DNA of 64,000 nucleotides from Mobula hypostoma. Its lineage: Eukaryota. The stretch is from assembly GCF_963921235.1 (NCBI RefSeq), contig NC_086118.1, positions 12,154,001-12,218,000 of the forward strand, written 5' to 3'. The notes below the pieces were generated by a model. It made no database searches. It saw nothing but the letters and a program-made list of their open reading frames with translations, and was not told where the DNA came from. Position numbers and translations under genes: made by a program. Below are positions 1 to 14,170 of this stretch, one piece after another; within the stretch, counting starts at the first letter, position 1; each line of letters starts with the position of its first letter.

Positions 1-879
1 ACTCCAAGAAGTGCCAAGTCACCCATATGAAGAGCTGGATCTGTCACAGAAAAGGTGGCTAAACTTTTAATGCACACACCTGGACATACAATTAACATGG
101 TACCTGTGAACAGTAAGTAGCTACTACATTGTATTGTGCCCTTGTTACGACCAAGAAAACTTGCACCCTTTGTAACTAACTGAATTGTAGAGATCCTCCA
201 GTGGCAATCAGTAATAAGATCACATTATTTTCAAATAAATAGGGGTAAATTTGTCATCTTCTACTCAGAAGTAAAACTTCCTGGTCTTCAACGATCTCAC
301 TTCTCATTTTATTGTTCCTTCTTTCTCCCACCGATACATTCCCTTTTCCACTTTTCTCTTCCTGTATCCATAGTTTCACTTCAAGCTTGATAAATTTTTA
401 TAGCTATACTTTATATTATGCCCCCTTTTTTTGAAGATGTGGTATCTGCTCTTCAGGCAAGGTTCTCACAAGAGTGGAAGACCAAAGTTATCTGATTGAT
501 GTGTTTAAAATAACAGATAAACTATCTAGTGCTGCTAGAGAGAATGCTGGTTGGGGTATGGAATAATGGATAATTGGTCCAAGGTGAAAAATAGTGTCAG
601 GCCAGTTTGGAAGCCCAAGGAGAGACAAAAAAAAATTGCCCTTGAAAAGCTATAGAAGCTTGGGACAAAAGCGCTATGAAGATTGAAATGGACAGATAGT
701 GGTTGCTTAAAGAAATTGAAGAGTATTGAGTGTGGGGTGTTAAGATCAGCTTATTTATGATCTAATCAAAGCGCTGATCGAGCTCTTCCTGTTATTTACT
801 CACTCCTTTAAAAAGTGCTACAAGTTAGAAATGTGGAATCTTGGGAAGAGGGGTGAGAGATCTTCCCCTAGTTCTTCCC

Positions 880-1300
880 ATCGTGAAAAGCTGAAGAAAT
901 TAGTTCCATATTCCTTGGAACTTGGAAAATGAGGTGCGATCTTATTGAAAAACAGGAGATTCTCGACGGGCAGAACAGGATAGATACTGTGATGCTTTCT
1001 CCAGTGACAGAAATATAAATGAAAGGTATATTTACAACATTAAGGGACAGTCATTTAAAAATTGTGCATCTGCAACAACTTCTAGAAGCTCTGGAATCCT
1101 TATCCCGCACACTTGTGGAAGATGGATTATTTGGGATATTTAAAGAAGATGTAGGTACTTTTTTGAAAGATTAGGGAATTAAGGGCAATGGGGAATTGGC
1201 ATAGAAGAACTGTTGAGGCCTGTGACAGATCTGTCATGATCATACTGATTGGTGGGGCAGGCCTGAGGCAACCACTGACCTACACCTGCATCTATTTTCT
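880..1300 (+). mobile_element. Old CR1-type LINE 3' fragment
   Basis: Degenerate CR1 3' motifs (gaggtgcgatcttattgaaa, ctctggaatcct...gtggaagatgga, gatctgtcatgatcatactgattggtggggcaggcctgaggc). Confidence 0.55.
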
Positions 1301-2039
1301 TATTTTGTCATATTTTAGTTACAACTTCACTGTTGTGTAGCTTCAATCCATCTTCAGTGCTCTTCTTGTCACATCTAGTCATCTTCAGTTTTGAAATATT
1401 TTTCTTGACTCTTGCTTCAACACCATTTGTGGGAAGAGAGTCCCAATATTTCTTCTACATTTGTAGGATCTGCTTTCTGGCCTCTCTCTTAAATAGTTCA
1501 TCTCCATTTATGCTCTAGTTCTGGGTTCAAAAACCAGAGGAAACAATTTCTCTCCTTTTTCTTAAATACCTCAATAGATCATGTCTTAATCTTCTGCATT
1601 TGAGGAGAACAAATCAATGGAACCTGCCCTCCTTTAGCCCCCAAACAACTCTGGTGAATGTACACTTAACCTTTTCCACTGCACATACTAACAACCACAC
1701 CCATGAAGGATAAATTATCCCTCCTGAGAGGCAATGCTCAGCACTGAAGCAACATACTAAAATACTAATAGCTGGAATGTGTTATTCTAATTCTACTTCT
1801 GGCGTTGCACCCTTTTAAGATAAAGGCAAGAAATCCTTAATATAAATAGGACTTTCTTCACTGCAAGCAATGGGCAAAATCTTTCTTTCTGAGGCATAAT
1901 GACTTGTGAAAGCTGATTTCTGATACTGATAAAATGACACATTGTCCAGATTATGTTGCTATTCATATTGCTCTGTTCAAGGCTACAAAAACAATACAGA
2001 GAATCAGGAACACAGTTCAGCACATTACGAAAACCAACC

Positions 2040-2590
2040 TCTCCTTCACTGTCTCCCTCCACCATCTCTGGAACCCACTTTGGCTCTGGCTACAAGGCTG
2101 AAACCTCCCATCCTGTCAGTGGATCCTACTCATCTTCTTCCACCACGATTCTCAACCCACTTCTGGTCTCTTACACATTCCTATCCCTTGTTCTTCCCCC
2201 ACCCCACCCCACTCATTTGAGCCCTTTTCTTCCCAGTGAACCTGATCCCAGCTCCAACCCTTGCTGTGTCCCCTCCAAACTTCACTCTCTGAAGCAAAAC
2301 ATTCTCCCCTTATCAGTGGCGTTATCTCTGAATGCATTGTCCTTTCCACACTAATCCCAACCTCCTGTTCCTTATCCCAAAACTGCTGTCTCCTGCATTA
2401 ACACTGACATCATTACTTTCAGGGATTTCCCTCCTCGACTTCAGCCTCATTGTTCTCCAACCCTGCACTGCCCATTTCTACCTCCTGTTGGACCTAATGA
2501 AAGGTCTTGACCCCAAGTGTTTACTGTCCATGTCCCTCCATAGGCATTGCCTGACCCATTGAGTTCCTCCTGTGCATTTATGTGTTGTTC
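2040..2590 (+). mobile_element. Degenerate Penelope-like element (PLE) 3' end/pLTR
   Basis: Pyrimidine-rich tract ending in ctaatgaaaggtcttgacccc...gcctgacccattgagttcctcc, homologous to the other pLTR copies in the window. Confidence 0.6.
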
Positions 2591-2614
2591 CCCTCCATGA
2601 ACTTCTTGCTGCCT

Positions 2615-2978
2615 CAGTAAAGCACCAGACATTCTTTCTTCTCCCCTTTCCATCAGGTGTGAGATACAAAAGCCTCAGAGCACCTACTGCCAGGCTCCAG
2701 ATTCTATCCTGCTGTCATAAAGCTATTGAATGGTCCTCCAGTGCAATAAGATGGTTTCCTAACCTCACAATCTACCCCATCACAGCCTTGAACCATATTA
2801 TCTTCTGCTTCCACTGCACTTCCTCTGTAGCTGTTACACTTCTGTTTTCTGCTATTGCCTTACACTTGTGTTCGCTTGATGTACTGATGTGATGAAATTA
2901 TCTGTATGGAAGGGATGCAAAACAAGCTTTTCACTGTACCTCAGGACATGTGACAATAATAAACCAATTTACCAATTT
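2615..2978 (+). mobile_element. Rex1/Babar LINE 3' end fragment
   Basis: Encodes PFPSGVRYKSLRAPTARL (Rex1 C-terminal LPSGRRYRSL-like); ends tttcactgtacctc...gacaataataaaccaatttaccaattt. Confidence 0.65.
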
Positions 2979-5609
2979 GCAATCGTTATGCACTGCCTTC
3001 CTGCTAACATCATTTGCAGCTACATCATTTAAATTTGTAGCTTTAGGAATGTGTATTTGAAGTGCTGAACATTAAAAAAATGCACTTTTTTAATTTAACT
3101 GCAATTAACTAGTAGTGAACTTCACTTGGCAAAAGCTAAGTTTTAACTACATTTTTATAAAAAAGAAACAAAAGCTCATCCAAGATGAAGTTAACATTCT
3201 GGCCATGCTCAGATTTAGAAATTTATAAACAAACTCAGTACAGTAATTTATTTTACAATGAAGTGTTGAAGCTGCATATTTATAGGAAGATATATACACA
3301 TATCAGGCTCGTTTTCACTAGATTAGAAGGACTGTGACACACCATAAACTTAGCACTGATTTACTTGACGTTGAAGATAGCTGAGTTGCAGAGACAATTT
3401 AAGGCCAGCAAAATGAGTGAGTTCTGCCACTGGCTTGGACTGGTCAGAATATAGTTAGCCAGTTGCTAATCATTGTTATTGATGGGAGCAGACTAGTATT
3501 AGAGTACAGGCAAAGGGAAACAGAAAAGCTGTTGACATGTGCACTGATTTTAAGTAGAACCTACAATGGGTCAATAGCCATAATTTGGAAAAGCTTTTAA
3601 AAGTCAATGAGAATCAAGAGATATAAGTGATTAGGTATGGGGTTGCAGAGACCATGGAATAGAGGGACACGAATATACTGTAGATCAGTCTGCAATTCAG
3701 TGGATTCATGATGCTGAGATACAACCGAGGATACGCTGGGACGTATCATCAGTGATGTAACCTGGTGTCATCGGGTGTTTTGGGTCTTTCAACATCAGAC
3801 ACTCGCCCAGGCAACCCAGCCAAGGTTGATCAGGCTCTGGTTTGTGTTCCAGCAGCATTGGTCCACGGGTCACACCTCTAGATTCATAGCCACCTGGAGG
3901 CTCGCTCAGCAGCCTCTGTAACGGTCCTGATGGCTCTTTTCTTTGCAGCCCCTTAGAGAGTAGTTTCTGCAGAGCGAGCAAACAGCAAAACCTCTATACC
4001 CTAACTCTTTGGGCTCACAATGTGCCCCCCACCCTTGTCTCCGGCACTGCTCTACCAGCTCCTGGTAATTGGCTTTCTTACGCTCAAATACCTCCTCAAT
4101 CCGGTTTTCCCAAGGTCAGTTATTTTCTTGTGAAAGAATGTTGTTGTTTAGGAGCATAAACAAAATTAAGGTACTTGTTCATTGATTATAATCAGCTTAT
4201 ACAGACCTATCAACCATCGTACCATGTTAATGCAACAATAACTATATTTTGCTAGTGCATTCCCTTTTAATGGGTCTTAGTCCCACTTATACTATAGAAT
4301 ATACTTTTGTTTTCATTGGGTATGTTTACTCAGGTTGCTAACCAAGTACGCAGAACCTGAAGAAACGGGAAGCTTTTCATGTATGTGGGACCTTATCACA
4401 CCTCCCAGTAAGATTTCAGAGGTCTCCATACGATGCTACTGTGGCTGTATGAGAAATACCCAGATCTCACAGTCACCCATGATGCATTTGGCTATTGCGT
4501 CTGTCGGTTGAGGAAGTGAGGTAAGAACAAAGACAGACTGAGATGGCTGCATGTGACCAATGGTTCCCAACTAACTCATTGAGACAGGCATCTTTGATAC
4601 TTTGAATTTTAGGTTTGCACTTTATGTGCACCATATGACTTAAAATGATGGAAAACCTGTGTAGAACAGGGTAGATTGAAATGTGGAGTCCCAATCCCTG
4701 ATCCAGGTTTTAAATTGTTAGCATATGAATCAAGCTAACAGTTTTGACCGTAATTCAAATGAAGAGAGTAATAGACAGACAAATAGATATTGACAGATTT
4801 TTGAAGAGTTGAAAGGGTTATTGAGCTCATAACAGATGTGGTTGAAATCTTAACATCTTTTTTGACAACGATGTTTCATCCTTCTTTGCTAATATTCAAC
4901 ATCTGTCAATCATTTCAAACCCTTTTCTTGAAGGGTGTTCTGTGTTTCTGTATAACTTTTGGTCTGTGCTTGTGGTTATCTAATACAAGCACAAACATTG
5001 AGGACAACAAAAAATGCAACAAAACTAACTGTAGGTGCACTGCCTGGAATCGATGGACACCCTAGCTGACCTTGAGTTAAAATGGATATCAAAATGCTTA
5101 GCTCTGGTCAGTGGATATTCAGTTACAATTAGCAGGGGTCACATCCTGCTTCAATCTAATTTGTGCATTCTCCACGGGGATTCATGTTCCACATGTAAGA
5201 ACTCTGTGATTTTATGGTATGTCAATAGACTGCAGATTTTATTGGAACACTGGCAAAGTCTCTGATGCAGTCAGAAGCTCCGTGGAACCAGTAACAACAG
5301 AGAGGGGATTAAATCCCTAGCAGTTGGCCTCATGGGATGTTTAAGCGAAAGAAACTTCCCTGAGAATAACTTAAAAATAAATGCAGATGCATAGCAAAAA
5401 AAAACAGAATATGCTAAAAATAATCGGTAAATAAGGCAGCATGGATGGACTATTTGGCCTCTCAGTATTGCATATCCTTCGTCAAGACTGAAGACATAAT
5501 TTCTGGGCATCTGGAATGCTGACTAACTTCATTTCTTCTCTGGTGCTACTCGATCTTTTAAATATTTTATTCATTTTCTGTTTTGGTTTAATATTTTGTG
5601 AATCACTGT

Positions 5610-5885
5610 CGGGGTGTCACAGTGACATAGCAGTTAGCACAATTGATTTACAGCACCAATGATCACTGATTGGAGTTCGATTCCCACTCTGGGTTTTCCT
5701 CTGAATGCTCTGGTTTCCTCACACATTCCAAAGACCTATGGTTATGTTTAGTAAGTTGTGGGCCTGTTATGTTGGCGCCAGAAGCTTGGTGACACCCATG
5801 GGCTACCTCCAGCGCAATCCTTTCTGATTTGTTTTGATGAAAATGATGCATTTCTCCTTATGTTTAAATGTACATGTGACAAATC
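5610..5885 (+). mobile_element. tRNA-derived V-domain SINE (HE1-like), internally deleted
   Basis: B box gagttcgattccc; V-domain gggttttcctctgaatgctctggtttcctcacacattccaaagac. Confidence 0.7.
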
Positions 5886-5924
5886 TGATTGGATCTCTCT
5901 TATTTTGCTGAATATGAACATACT

Positions 5925-6458
5925 ACAATACAGAAGGAGCCTACTCATCTCATTATATTCATGCTGGTCCTAAATAGAGCAATCACATTCTCAGCCCTCC
6001 CCCAGTCTTTATAGCCTTAAAATCACATGTCCATCAACCACCTGTTGGTTTCTTTGCCACTCTCTACATAAGGGGTAACTTACAGCAGCCAATTAACCTA
6101 CAAGCATATCTCTAAGATGTGGAAAGAAACTGGGGGACAATTTGTGTGGTCACAAGAAGAACACACAAACTTCACACAGACATCAAAATAGAGACATAAG
6201 AGACTGCAGATGCTGGAATCCGGGGCAACTCACAAAGCACTGGGGGGAACTCAGTGGATCAGGCAGCATCTATGGAGGGAAATGGGCAGCTGATATGACG
6301 ACCACAATTATCAACTATCCAGTTCACTCAACGGAGGCTGCCTAGCTCACTGAGTTCTTCAGGTGCTTTTTGTAATGCCCTACATGGACAGCGCCCAGGT
6401 CCAGAATGAATCCATCGCTCTGGAACTATAAGGCTCCAGCACTAACTCTACTGTGCCA
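5925..6458 (-). mobile_element. V-SINE interrupted by a PLE pLTR module (about 6185-6375)
   Basis: Minus-strand SINE body (gatgtggaaagaaactgg...cacaaacttcacacagaca) resumes at about 6378; the insert has ctgcagatgctggaatc...tgagttcttc in inverted arrangement. Confidence 0.6.
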
Positions 6459-9400
6459 TTCATGTCTATCATTGCCAATTGTATTGGGTTTTTACAATCA
6501 ATATCACTTGTTGGGTTAATTCCCTATCTTACATGATATAGATGCACTTTAATAAAATGTAGTTGCAACTCAGTGCATCCACTCCAAAGGAGTATATTTG
6601 ACCAGCATGTTGAGACAGGATTGCAGCTTCCATTAGGGTTGTTGCCTTTTGGCTAAGCATTGTGACCAAAACAACATAGAGACCATTGTGATGATGAAAC
6701 AGTTTATTCCAAACCTCACTAGTCGGAAATAGATTTACATAAAAAAGAGATGAAATATTGGGGACCATATTAAAAATTAATAATATAAAAATGAAATGCT
6801 GCCTATTGTATGGAAATAATTGGTTTGTTCTTGGGTAAGCCTCATTGCAAAACATGAATTGTTAGTTGCAGTCTTGTAAAATCCATTACTGGTTTATTAC
6901 ATTTTGAATAGAAATATGTTTAATGAGAATGGTATTCATCATATTACAGATAATGTGGGGAATCTGAATGCCCCTGTGAAAAGAGTGCGAAATGTAATTT
7001 ATCTCACAGAAAATGATTTGACTCGAGAAACAAATGGAAAAACTGCAGTTTCTTTTGGATAATTATATTACTAATGCACTTTAAACATTGATGTATAGCT
7101 CCCAGCTATGAATATCAGCTAGCCAGTTCTCTACTTGCTGCTATCAACAAAGAAAAATGTAATAGAGGTCATTAGTTGCAGTCTTAACATTATTTATTAA
7201 ATTAGTTTGCATTCATTTGTTTTGCCTTCATGTAATTAGTTTCCTTTCAGAATCTGTACTGCCTTGAAAGAGCTATTGAGGTAGGTTTAACTTGAACTGA
7301 ACGTTAATCAAAGGTTTATAACCATTTCCACTCAATACAGTTACTGTCACAATCATTCTCTGCATCTTTCAGCAGTCATGATACCCAGCATTCTGTTTAT
7401 AAAGGATAACTTTCGACATTCAATTGACTCTTCAATCAGTTCAAGAAGAATGTTTGTGGAGTTTATGTCTGGCTGATCTCTTTGAACTGTATGTTGAAAT
7501 GAGCTGATCTGAAGAATCATAAAGAGATTCTGAATTTGTAAACTTAAAGAGTCAACAATACACTCACAGAGACTGAGAGGCAGAAAAAAAACATTTCACA
7601 GCTAGTGGACATGGTTAAAATAAAATTCAATGCATTTAGAAGGGAAATCAGGAAGCAGATCACACAAAAATTAGTGGAAACCTGGAACCCTCTCATCTGA
7701 AGTTTATGGATGTTTTGGGGAATTCTGAGCTTTCAATCTAGAATGATAAAGGTTTCATTAAGTGACATGGGACAACAGTAGTTAAATCAAGTTGAGTTAT
7801 TCATGGTCTAATGTTGAAATATTGTTTTTGGGCTGAATAAAACACATCTATTCCTATTATACACAAGGCAATGCATGTCTTGATGCCTTCTTGGGACACA
7901 TTTAATAATTCTAAAACCATTAGGTGTTACAGTAAGAACCTGCCACACACCATTTTCTTTTCAATAATTATGCAACACCTCCTGTGTGCTGACTTGTCAG
8001 TTATGAGCTTACTGTGCAAATATGGTCAAACTTTAACAAAATAAATTTAGATTAATCATTTATAACAGTGTATAATTCCCAATTAGTGCACATAATTGAA
8101 ATAATGCACCATTTACTTAGGCAAAGAAGAACACATGGAATCTGAAAAGATACGTAAAGTATTATAATCCCAAGGCAAGATCATTAGAAAGATTAGGATA
8201 AAAGTCACTCTGAAAAGGCTATCTTCCTCTTGAGGTGAAAATAAAGTTCTGATTTTTTAATTAGAATAAACAGCCATCTGCAGGAAAATTGATATGTAAA
8301 GTTTCCGAGCAATTCTAGCATCTTCCTTGTATTACATAATTGTAGTTGGGGCTACTGATAAACTGCATCTTAAATCAATATTAAAATTGAATGACCATCA
8401 ATGTACAGACTTATGTTCAGAGTAAAACTTTTCCCTCACTGACTTTATGCAGTCCTATTAATTTCAAGAGTGAGTGACAAGTGATCTTTAAAAGTGCATC
8501 AAGGGACATTGAGTTGAATTTAGGGTTAGGATTTTCAACATCCAACTCTGTTCAGATTGATGCAAATTTTCGCGAACAGTCTACCAAGTGGATTCTAAAC
8601 CAAATTAGCAATTACATTGATGCATATATCAGTAATTAAAAGCTCGCCGTGTAAGTTAAATACTAATCAAGGTAATGCTTCTTAAAGTGTTCCAAACAAA
8701 CACTGATAATTAGCTCCATTTTACATTCAAGAATTAAAGGCTATTGAAAATGTTCCATGCCCATTGGAATAGAACTGGCAGCTTCTTTGGAAGTTAAGTT
8801 CAATAGTGATGCCATCAGGAATCTGGCTGGTGGCACTAGTTACAGCAAATCTGGAACTTGCACCTTCTATCCTTGTTTGGTGACTGCAAGACACATTACC
8901 ATGCAACTTTCCTTTTAATGTGGTTGTTTGTAATTTGTTACATCAACAAGGAATTCAATCACAAATATTACTAAAGTGTAAATAATTTTGCATTAATCTA
9001 CAGCTAGTTATCAAGGATTACCTATTTATAACCTCTAGCCTCTGTTTTTCTCTGTTGTATGCTTCCTTGTAACTTTCAGATTGATAACACTGTCTTTCAT
9101 TCTTTTTCCTTTCAAATGAAAAATCGTACTCTCTACTTCACAAGTATACTTTATGTTGGTACTGAGTTCATTCTAACCTGGCTTGAGGGATGGAGTATAA
9201 CATTGATTTTCAACCTTGCCTAATTTTATGTTATACAATGGAGAATAATTGGGTGGTGTGTAGAGCAACATTTCCCATCAGATTGCTGACAGATGGGTTG
9301 CATTAAAATTATCCTCAACCTTTATTTAGCAGTCAACTACTCATCCCTTGAGGTAGTCAGATTGCACAAGGCATTGACCATATAAAATCAACTGCGAGGA

Positions 9401-10039
9401 GAAGATGGACTGAAGGGCTCACATGACCTTAAAGAAAACCAAAACGAAACTCCATTCATTCATTGAAATAGATATAACTGTGAATATTATTCACATTTCT
9501 TAAGCTGTCTCCAGTTGTTGGTCGTTTGTCAGAAAGAGAAATTGGCATCTTCCAATCTTCTTTTCCCTCAATTTTGGTTCCTTCAACCTATTTTCTCAGT
9601 TATGAAAGACTTATTTATAAAGGTGATCCTGAAAATTGTTTTCATTAGCAGAGGACACAAAGAAAGGAATATTAAAAGGACACCATGTGTGGAGTCAGTC
9701 TGGGCAATATACTTGTAAGCATCAGAATTATAAACTGGTGAATATACTGTATACCTGGAGGATCCTGGACATCATAAAACCACTGATTTTTTTTCTGTAA
9801 GGTAAATGGATTAAGTTAGAGAGTAGGGAAGTTGAGGGTTTTATAAGAGTTTGAGTATTCATTGTGCACTCAAGTTCCTTGTTGAAATCCATTATAAATT
9901 TCCAAAGGTCACTTCTAGGTTTTCCCAGAGCTGTTAGATCCAGTACTATAGATAGAATAAATTAACATTTGTACTATACGTTGTATAGAATAAAGTTTTC
10001 AAAAGCGAAGAATTATATACACATAATATTTATAAAGTC

Positions 10040-11030
10040 ATTGAGTACTATTATACAGAACAGAACGTTTGGCCTATCTAGTCTACCGTTTGTATGACAA
10101 CCTGATTTTTTAGCCTCTTGCCACCTACCTGTACCTGGACCATATTTCTCCATACTTCTCTTATCTCTATACGTATCTAAACTTCTCTTAAATGTTACAA
10201 TTGAACCTACATTCACTCTTCCACACTAGCACCACCCTCTGAGTAAAGAAGTTTGCCCTCCAATTTCCATTAAATGTTCCACATTTCACTCGAAGACTAT
10301 GATCACCAATTCTAGTCTATCCCAAACTTAGTGTAAAAAGCTGGCATGGGTTCACCGTATCTATGACACTCATAATTTAGTAGACCTATGTAGAACCTCC
10401 TCTTATTCTCCTGCCCTCCATGGAGCTGGTTCAACTTTTCCATACAACTCAGGTCCTGAAGTTCTGGCAACATTCCTGTAAACTTTCTCTACACTCTTTC
10501 AGGATTATTGATTTCCTTCCTGTAGGTAGGTGACCAGAACTGCACAAAATGTGCTAAATTATCCTCACAAATGTCTTTTACCTTCAATATAACATCCCAA
10601 CTCCTGTACTTAGTGCTCTGATTTATGAAGGCCAGTGTGTTACAGGTTCTCATTACTACCCTATCTACTTGTAATGCCTCTTTCAAGGAATTATGGATCC
10701 ATTTTCCAAGGTGTTTTTGATCTACCACACAAGTTCAGAGTCCTACCATTCACTATGCAAATCTTACCCTCTCAAAGTGTGATACCTCACACTTGTTTGC
10801 ATTAAATTCCATCTGCCATTTTTCAGCCCATCTTCCCAGCTGACCAAGATGACACTGCAATCTTTGACAACCTTCCTTACTGTCCACGATGCACCCAATC
10901 TTGGTGTTATCTGCAAATTTGCTGATCCAGTTTACCACATTGTTGGCTAAATCATTAAAATAGATGATAGACAACAATGGATCCAACACTGATCCCTGCT
11001 GCACACCACTAGCCAAAGGCCTCCAGTCGG
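10040..11030 (-). mobile_element. CR1 LINE, 5'-truncated (RT C-terminus to 3'UTR), frameshifted
   Basis: ORFs 10753-11016 (GVQQGSVLDPLL..NDL..KFADNTKI..WQMEFNANKC), 10489-10728 (VQFWSP), 10013-10216. Confidence 0.92.
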
Positions 11031-12143
11031 AGATTTACTGTAAGAAACTGCTGGAAATACTCAAGAGGCAAGCAGCATCTGTGGGAAGAGGAACAGACAA
11101 AACATTTCAGGTCACGTATTAATTCAGATATCCTGCATCTACAGTGTTGAATTGCATTTATAAATTACATTGGGTATGCAAAAAAAAACACACCTGCTCA
11201 ATACTGATACAGATCAGCATCTGTGATTCATGCTGCAAGTACTGGTCATTTACTAATTATTCCGGTTAGAGATTTTGCACTGAGTCAAAGCCAATATTGT
11301 GTCTTAGCCAATTTTTCTTAACTTTTATCCGGCTATGACACATCACTGTGGAGTGTTTTCCATTTGTCTCTTTATTTTGTTATTCCGTAGTTTATTGAAT
11401 TGCAAACTATTATGGGAATCCGAAACCCTGGTAAACTGCCGCAAAATAATACTCATTAATATTCTATGATGAAATGACCACTCATCATAGCCTCAGAGCA
11501 GACTATCACACATACACTACAAGTAAAACAGAAACCTTCCACAAATAAAGCAGTAGATATTATGACAATTGGCCCAGGAATTGGGTTGTAAGACAGAATT
11601 TAGTTATTTAAGTCAAACGGCAGTTATTAACTGTGGGAGCCTCCCGAATGCTGCCTCATAACTAATTTCTACATTTTTTGATTTGTAATTACTTCAAGTA
11701 TTGCTCTGGTTCCTTTGTGTAAGTTAGATCACAAGCATATTATTATAGAATACATTAACATGACACTACAAACAGCTCTCCACAGGCATTATTTAATATT
11801 AGTTTGCCCATTGATTGAAGCAATTGACAGTTCTTTACGTGGTAATTCTGTGATCTAGATGTTCCAGAGGGAAACACTGCTTGTAAGGAGCATCTTTTCA
11901 ATGTGCTGCCTTTGTTGTTTTCTCCATTCGTTTACTAAAAGTGATGGAATTGTGTGCAACATGTCTTGAGAAGTGTTCTCATCATGTGTTAGTCATAGTG
12001 GAAATGTCCAATCTCTCAGCTGTCCCCAGGATCAATGGGGCCCATACACTGAAAAGTTTATTGAAAATTTTGCCATTAATAGAGAAGTATGTTCCATGGT
12101 GCTTTACAGAATTAAGATGGGCAAGGAAATGATAACATTTATT

Positions 12144-14170
12144 GACTTTATCGCTGATTATTACAGCAACTTCAGGATGAGGGTCTCTCCAGGAGCGATT
12201 ACATCAACCTGGCACAATGTGGAGAACGACATCATCACAGGGTGCACTATCTCAGTGACACTGTTCTCCCTAGCCATGAACATGCTCACTAAGTCTGCTG
12301 AACCAGAGTGCAGAGGGCCCAGAATTAATTCTACTCAACGGCAACCATCTATCAGGGCATTCATGGATGACCTCACAGTCACCACAGAATCAGTCCCAGG
12401 CTGCCGGAGGATTCTGCAAGGGCTCGAAAAGCTGGTGGAGTGGGCCCGGATGCGTTTCAAACCTGCCAAATCAAGATCGATGGTGCTGAGGAAAGGGAAG
12501 GTGGAGAACAAGTTCCTGTTCAGCATCACAGGCACAGCCATCCCAACCATCACAGAAAAACCAGTCAAGGGCTTAGGCAAAGTTTTTGACAGCTCTTTAA
12601 GGGACACAACATCCATTCAGGCAACCTGCACCAAGTTGGATGGCTGGCTGAAATCTGTGGACAAATCTGGCCTACTTGGGAAGTTTAAAGCCTGGGTGTA
12701 TCAGCATGGCATTCTTCCCAGAATCCTGTGAACCCTCCTCGTCTATGCAGTTCCGATCTCGACAGTCGAAACCTTAGAGAGGAGGGTTAGCAACCACCTC
12801 AGGAGATGGCTGGGGCTGCCAAAGAGCCTGAGCAGCATCGCACTCTATGGACACCACAACAAACTGCAACTGCCCTTCAAATTCTTGGAGGAAGAATTCA
12901 AGGTAACAAGAACCAGAGAAGTGCTACAGTATAGGGACTCAAGTGACCTGAAGGTGGCTAAAGCAGGGATCCAAGTAAGTACTGGCAGGAAGTGGAGGGC
13001 AGAGGAAGCTGTTCAGGAGGCAGAGGTGAGGCTACATCACAGGAGGCTGGTGGGAATGGTCACACAAGGCCGAGCTGGGTTAGGATCCTTTCCAACTCCC
13101 AAAATGGACACCAGAGGGAAGGAAAGGCATCGTCTAGTTCAGGAGGAGGTGAGAGCAGTAGTGGAGGAGATGACAGTCTGCAAGGCGGTGGGAATGAAGC
13201 AACAGGGAGCTTGGACAAGATGGGAGAATGCGGTTGAGAGGAAAGTGGCCTGGGCTGATCTTTGGAAAGCCTAACCGCACAGCATCCAATTTCTCATCCA
13301 GGCAGTGTACGATGTGCTTCCAAGCCCATCAAACCTGCTCACATGGGGCAAGGCAGAGTCATCTGCATGCCCACTGTGCTCCAAGCGAGGAACCCTGGAG
13401 CACATCCTCAGCAGCTGTGCAAGGGTACTTGGTGAGGGACGGTACAGGTGGAGGCATGATCAGGCCCTGAAGACCATCACTGAAGCCGTCAGCGCAGGAG
13501 TTGAGTGGGCGAAGCGGTCCCGACCCTCCAAGCAGACCATTGCCTTTGTCAGAGCTGGGGAGCAGCCAATACCTGCCAAAAGAACATCTGCAGGCATTCT
13601 GACCTGTGCAAGGGCCTGGCAGCTGTTGGTGGACCTCGAAGGGCAGCTGAAGTTTCCCAACCATATCGCAGCCACCACCCTGCGACCAGACATTGTCCTA
13701 GTGTCTGAGTCTACTAAGCAAGTGGTGCTGCTGGAGCTGACAATCCCATGGGAAGATAGCTTGGAGGAGGCCTTTGAAAGGAAGCTCTCCAAGTACGCAG
13801 GACTGGTCAGCAACTGTCAGCAGGCTGGATGGAGAGCGAGGTGTCTCCCAGTGGAGGTTGGTTGTAGGGGATTCGTATCCCGTTCTTTAGTTAGAGCCTT
13901 CAGCATTTTGGGCATTGAGGGAGAGAGGAAGAAGAGAGCCATCTGCAGTACCACCGATGCGGCAGAGAGGGCCTCAAGATATCTATGGCTCAAAAGAGGG
14001 GAGCCATGGAGTCATAAGTAGCTAGCCATCTGGACACAAGCTGGGGTCCGATCAGCCCTGGCTGGTCACCTGGAGGAGGTTGTATGATGTTGAAAGACCT
14101 GAAACACCCAATGATTCCAGGAGCATCACTGAAGATGTGTCCAGAAGCATCAATAGATGTATGTACACAG
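12144..14170 (+). mobile_element. HERO-like (R2-group, RLE-encoding) non-LTR retrotransposon, 5'-truncated, with two premature stops
   Basis: ORFs 11973-12731, 12885-13274 and 13305-14021 are in one frame. RT motifs TGCTISVTLF and AFMDDL; CCHC CPLCSKRGTLEHILSSC; RHD; RLE RPDIV..LLELTIPWE..K..KY; stops at 12729-12731 and 13272-13274; about 150 nt 3'UTR. Confidence 0.88.

Noticed and set aside
3700..4250. GC-richer island as a possible solo LTR
   Set aside because: No defensible TG..CA ends with TSD and no partner copy in the window
11973..12143. N-terminal part of the 252-aa ORF as element sequence
   Set aside because: AT-rich flank read through in frame; retroelement similarity starts at about DFIADYY
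14085..14145. Hammerhead in the RLE element 3'UTR (gaaac and ctgaaga)
   Set aside because: The required stems II and III cannot be formed around these words
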